Shown here one piece after another: positions 62,211 to 64,000 of a stretch of DNA of 64,000 nucleotides (the first letter of the stretch is position 1; each line of letters starts with the position of its first letter). Below the pieces are notes generated by a model that was not told where the DNA came from, made no database searches, and saw only the letters and a list, made by a program, of their open reading frames with translations. The position numbers and the translations under genes were made by a program. Source of the stretch: Octopus bimaculoides (lineage: Eukaryota); contig NC_069002.1 in assembly GCF_001194135.2 (NCBI RefSeq), positions 26,206,964 through 26,270,963 on the forward strand, in the 5' to 3' direction.

Positions 62211-62353
62211 CAAAACTTAGCGGTCTGGCAAAAGAGACTGACAGAATAAGTACAAGGCTTACAAAGTATAAATCCTGGGGTCGATTTGTTTGACTAAAGG
62301 TGGTGCTCCAGCATAGCCACAGTCAAATGACAGAAGCAAGTAAACAAAAGAAT
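62008..62353 (+). mobile_element. SINE family A, near full length
   Basis: aggcacaggagtggctgtgtgg...gacagaagcaagtaaacaaaag. Confidence 0.85.
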
Positions 62354-63953
62354 AGACGTAAATTTCAGGGCTGGCTGTAATTTCTTTGGAAAATCTGTTG
62401 AGATAACTTTAAAAAGTGATTGAACTGTATTGGTAACACAAAAGTTAACGCACAGTGTTAGCTTATAAACCAAAATATACTTGGTAGTATGTTATGGTTG
62501 CAAAACAAAAGACAGTGTCCCTACCTGTAATTAATACTAGACTAAGAGTACACCATGAGGTCAACTTATACCCAGGTGAACGTGGTATGTGTTATTGCTG
62601 TAAAACTTAGAATACGGGTGAAAGTTGTCTTAGGGGCATCATGATTTCAAACTATTCAGACCTTATCATCTTTAATAGAGGCCAGGCAAATAACTAGTAT
62701 TGATGGCATACACTATAAACAATCTAAATTTGCAATTTAATATTTACCATCCAGTTATATTAGTTTCGTTTGACTATTTTTATCCCCTAGAAATATTTTA
62801 CAGCAAAACTAAATTTATATTCTGACAGAAATAAGCAATTTTCTACAAGGTGTGTTCTCTTCATCATATAAAATATATTTCGTTAATGTACCGATGCTAT
62901 GCACTGGCATTCAACGGCAATAAACTTTCAGCTAGTGTCTTAGAATTCAAGATATATAAAATAAAATTAAATAAAAAAAAAATAATATGAAATAAAAAAC
63001 TAATGGTAGTAGTAGCAGAAATAAAAAGTTGTTGATAAATAAAAAGATGTATTCAATATTTTAGTACAGTTAAAAATAGTCCGGTAGGAAAATTAATGTT
63101 CTTTCAGTAGAAACGCTGTGTGTTTCAGCTTCTTGTGGTCTATTTATATGTGATTTGTTCTTAGTTTCCTTCTGCTGTTTGCAAGTCTTGTATTACCAAT
63201 GCCAACATTCCTTATGTGCAGTGACTGTACCGTCTGCTGAAGCTGTTTACTTGTACCAAGCAAACGCTTTCATCTACATCAGACATCATAGAAATAAAAT
63301 ACCGATTCCTTTGGAGTAATGAGTTCTTGCATTGGCATAAAGCCATACTTTTTGGTGTGTGTGTGCGTGTGTGTCATGGGGGTGGAGGTGAGGAGTCAGG
63401 TAGGGGTGTAGAGTCAATTAAATCAATCCCTAAAAGTTGACAGGTACTTTTTTTTATTGAATTTAAAATGTCAGGTGGGATGGGGTGAGGTAGTGTTCAC
63501 CTCAGTGAGATTTGAACAGAAACCATAAAAGGCTCCTCCTCCTCCTCCTCCTCATCATCATCATCATCATCAATGTCATTTTCAGTGTTTTAAGCTCTGC
63601 TTTTCTATGCTTGCACGGGTCAGACAGAATTTGTTGAGGCAAAATTTTCTACAGCTGGATGCTCTTCCTACCACCCACTTTCATGAGTTGGTATCTGTCC
63701 ACGGCCTATCATGCTTACACAGAGGATTGGAAATGAAGGGCACCACTTACATGATGGTGACACTTGTTTACAACCATCCTATGATGTCAAGGCATGGAGA
63801 CACAAACACGTACATCCATCCATCCACAGTCATCCATCTGCATCCTTACATACATGCATACATGCATACACACATACATTCACACATACATGGATAGAAC
63901 AATGACACACAACACACACATGCACACATAGCAAATTTCTTTCTGTACATATG

Positions 63954-64000
<47 letters not shown>

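Overview
AT-rich, heavily gapped eukaryotic scaffold with no recognisable host protein-coding gene. The repeat complement (tRNA-headed SINEs with internal (TA)n, RTE tails ending in (GAT)n, R4/Dong LINE, mariner, TTAA-flanked MITEs, very dense microsatellites) resembles what I recall from octopus genomes; that assignment is an inference. It is most likely large-intron or intergenic DNA, and almost all supplied ORFs are microsatellite or N-gap artefacts. Real coding remnants are all transposon-derived: an R4/Dong RT plus restriction-like endonuclease (28.5-30.8 kb), RTE RT with a PHD-type finger (26.4-27.3 kb; 45.7-46.0 kb), mariner/Tc1 transposase pieces (14.0-14.5, 35.3-36.0, 40.5-41.0 kb) and a CR1/L2-group C-terminus (42.3-42.6 kb). 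The most notable non-standard signals are: (i) eight loci with hammerhead-ribozyme-like sequence of the Penelope-retroelement type, several inside long fold-backs, four of them within about 1 kb at 51.6-52.6 kb; (ii) a textbook recursive-splice-site motif (branch point, polypyrimidine tract, CAG|GTAAGT) at 43.35-43.39 kb; (iii) two independent fold-back elements each built from two transposon right ends, one with a captured RTE filler; (iv) an R4/Dong family whose 3' ends consistently abut (ACAT)n. All alignments and folds were done by eye, and repeat boundaries are approximate.
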